This document shows positions 63,801-64,000 of a stretch of DNA of 64,000 nt, piece by piece. The translations under genes were made by a program, and so were the position numbers. The stretch is taken from the sequence record MK514281.1. One strand, 5' to 3'. Position 1 is the first letter of the stretch; each line of letters opens with the position of its first letter. Under the pieces are notes generated by a model. The model worked only from the letters and a program-made list of their open reading frames with translations, was not told the DNA's origin and made no database searches.

Positions 63801-64000
63801 GGCTTCTGCCACACCTGCGTTATCACCCGATTTGTACGAATCCCACGCCTCCAGTGCAGAGACCCCGGCTGTGACAATCCCGCCACCTTTAACCAGTAGT
63901 TTCAGGTTACCGGCAACACCACGACCCAACATACCGCCTGTACGACCGACGATGCCCCTACCCAGACCACGAACACCCCGGGCGGCTTTGCCGGCTAAGC
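60900..64000 (-). CDS. Tape-measure-like tail protein with GH19 (chitinase/lysozyme-like) domain; 5'-truncated by the window edge
   Basis: Frame is open to base 64000; Gly-rich hydrophobic segment; LAQTHLESGGF, DGWKYRGRGFMQLTGKANY, SALWYW and VNGGTHGLAER motifs. Confidence 0.82.
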   Translation of the reverse strand, partial: LAGKAARGVRGLGRGIVGRTGGMLGRGVAGNLKLLVKGGGIVTAGVSALEAWDSYKSGDNAGVAEAAGSGVGGILGGAAMGAAIGSVVPVVGTAIGAIAGGAIGALGGGAIGRSLYTWFNDPGLLQQMRLRQYGVPDNDSSHVSAILKLEAALEPYVKTTDDGYASLDPKAPIAQLGSLFVDDPNDREQVEQFAGWFLHRFKPVYLTHKAVAKQVLPSQAFMDLDKSTDEAAKYEIAKRAQQFDESSDHPYMFTGRIFPDLNATDRKQTEALVKDVLDRLRNKAQKMTTGKSASVFATGMDKVASSRELSSDMVKAINPNGDIPELKTVGHKESSWFTGDRTVVSAGDILGGLLPKAGQPMDDLTALRMKVYGLPTLDVDRVSTLLQLELVMANKIKFADNGATFDGKASDIYRVVAASFGLSPSNQWSYKSWEPWFTRRFLPAYLAFASTVYTQTGDSRPTLAVPKMPPELKFAAATAITNAKYSDGVNAISVWTIKTSPWSTGELNDDASVVQNHLNNLKAQVKQAQYSAEAVKGGVQQRADGTTEKDWRKDSSGNMVNNQVKTSTGQVYTSQRQVTTYNPETGRIETAYGGGAAGGAAGAGGGIDNTGKVGPIKLGPGAEEGARILIREAMKSGITDKQELAMLLAQTHLESGGFSKLEENLRYKAETLMRLWPNRFPTLAAAQQLATAGPVAIANSIYGGRMGNDKPGDGWKYRGRGFMQLTGKANYAAASKGLGVDLVSDPDKISTDPTMAAKSALWYWKSRNGIEEAAKKGDLNTVTKLVNGGTHGLAERGQLFKQYTDLMGTGKFDDILSGKDQSAGPQGDAAEDNQAQTLASGQAQSGPSTPALSGAKTAAELTAPGASAANAVAPPPGQGDAPALKSTSGPSVAAAVSAGSSTPNAKDSTASAIDKQAAADASTPTPTTPTLNTPPRMQPTQGQVPNAPQVTTVTPAPAPVPVLPKESAAAISGSKDHLANIDNNMNSLVEIMKQFIAVQTQMLNKPAPAAPQAPASGAGTPPVSFARKYGNG

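Noticed and set aside
1-64000. Stop-codon reassignment, as seen in some jumbo phages
   Set aside because: Recognisable genes (nrdB, tdk, hslU, uvsX, rnhA, kptA) are full length in the standard code, and TAA, TAG and TGA all act as stops.

Overview
This 64-kb window is a gene-dense segment of a jumbo bacteriophage genome of the phiKZ-like (Chimalliviridae) type. It is most similar in content to the SPN3US / Erwinia phiEaH2 group; that placement is inferred from an AmsF homolog, a virion RNA polymerase beta C-terminal subunit, a phiKZ-type UvsX, RNase H, an SF2 helicase and a tape-measure-like protein with a GH19 domain. From about 1 to 44.7 kb the window is mostly plus-strand accessory and early genes. 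These include nucleotide metabolism genes (nrdB, tdk, a DHFR fusion, MazG-like, HD), KptA, HslU, YgiB, HigA, an HNH endonuclease and many small membrane proteins. From about 44.7 to 64 kb it holds conserved core replication, virion and tail genes on both strands. No tRNA, rRNA, CRISPR array, intron or intein was recognised. Three cis-motifs recur: an early-promoter-like CCTAYATTAC-N4-GKGAT (9 copies, all on +), terminators followed by TTATGC(C/T), and TTAACC(C/T) just upstream of ribosome-binding sites. The most interesting candidates are: (1) an unannotated 47-aa acidic ORF ending DCEGCKI, which looks like a free-standing copy of the redox-active C-terminal tail of NrdA; (2) a SLOG / DarG-like macro / NADAR-SLOG cluster for ADP-ribose reversal; (3) five virion-type proteins sharing an N-terminal M[FL]E[ML] tag; (4) an early operon of paralogous hydrophobic membrane proteins; (5) an HslU without HslV and without the HslV-activating tail. 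Family assignments come from motif recognition by eye; no database search was run.
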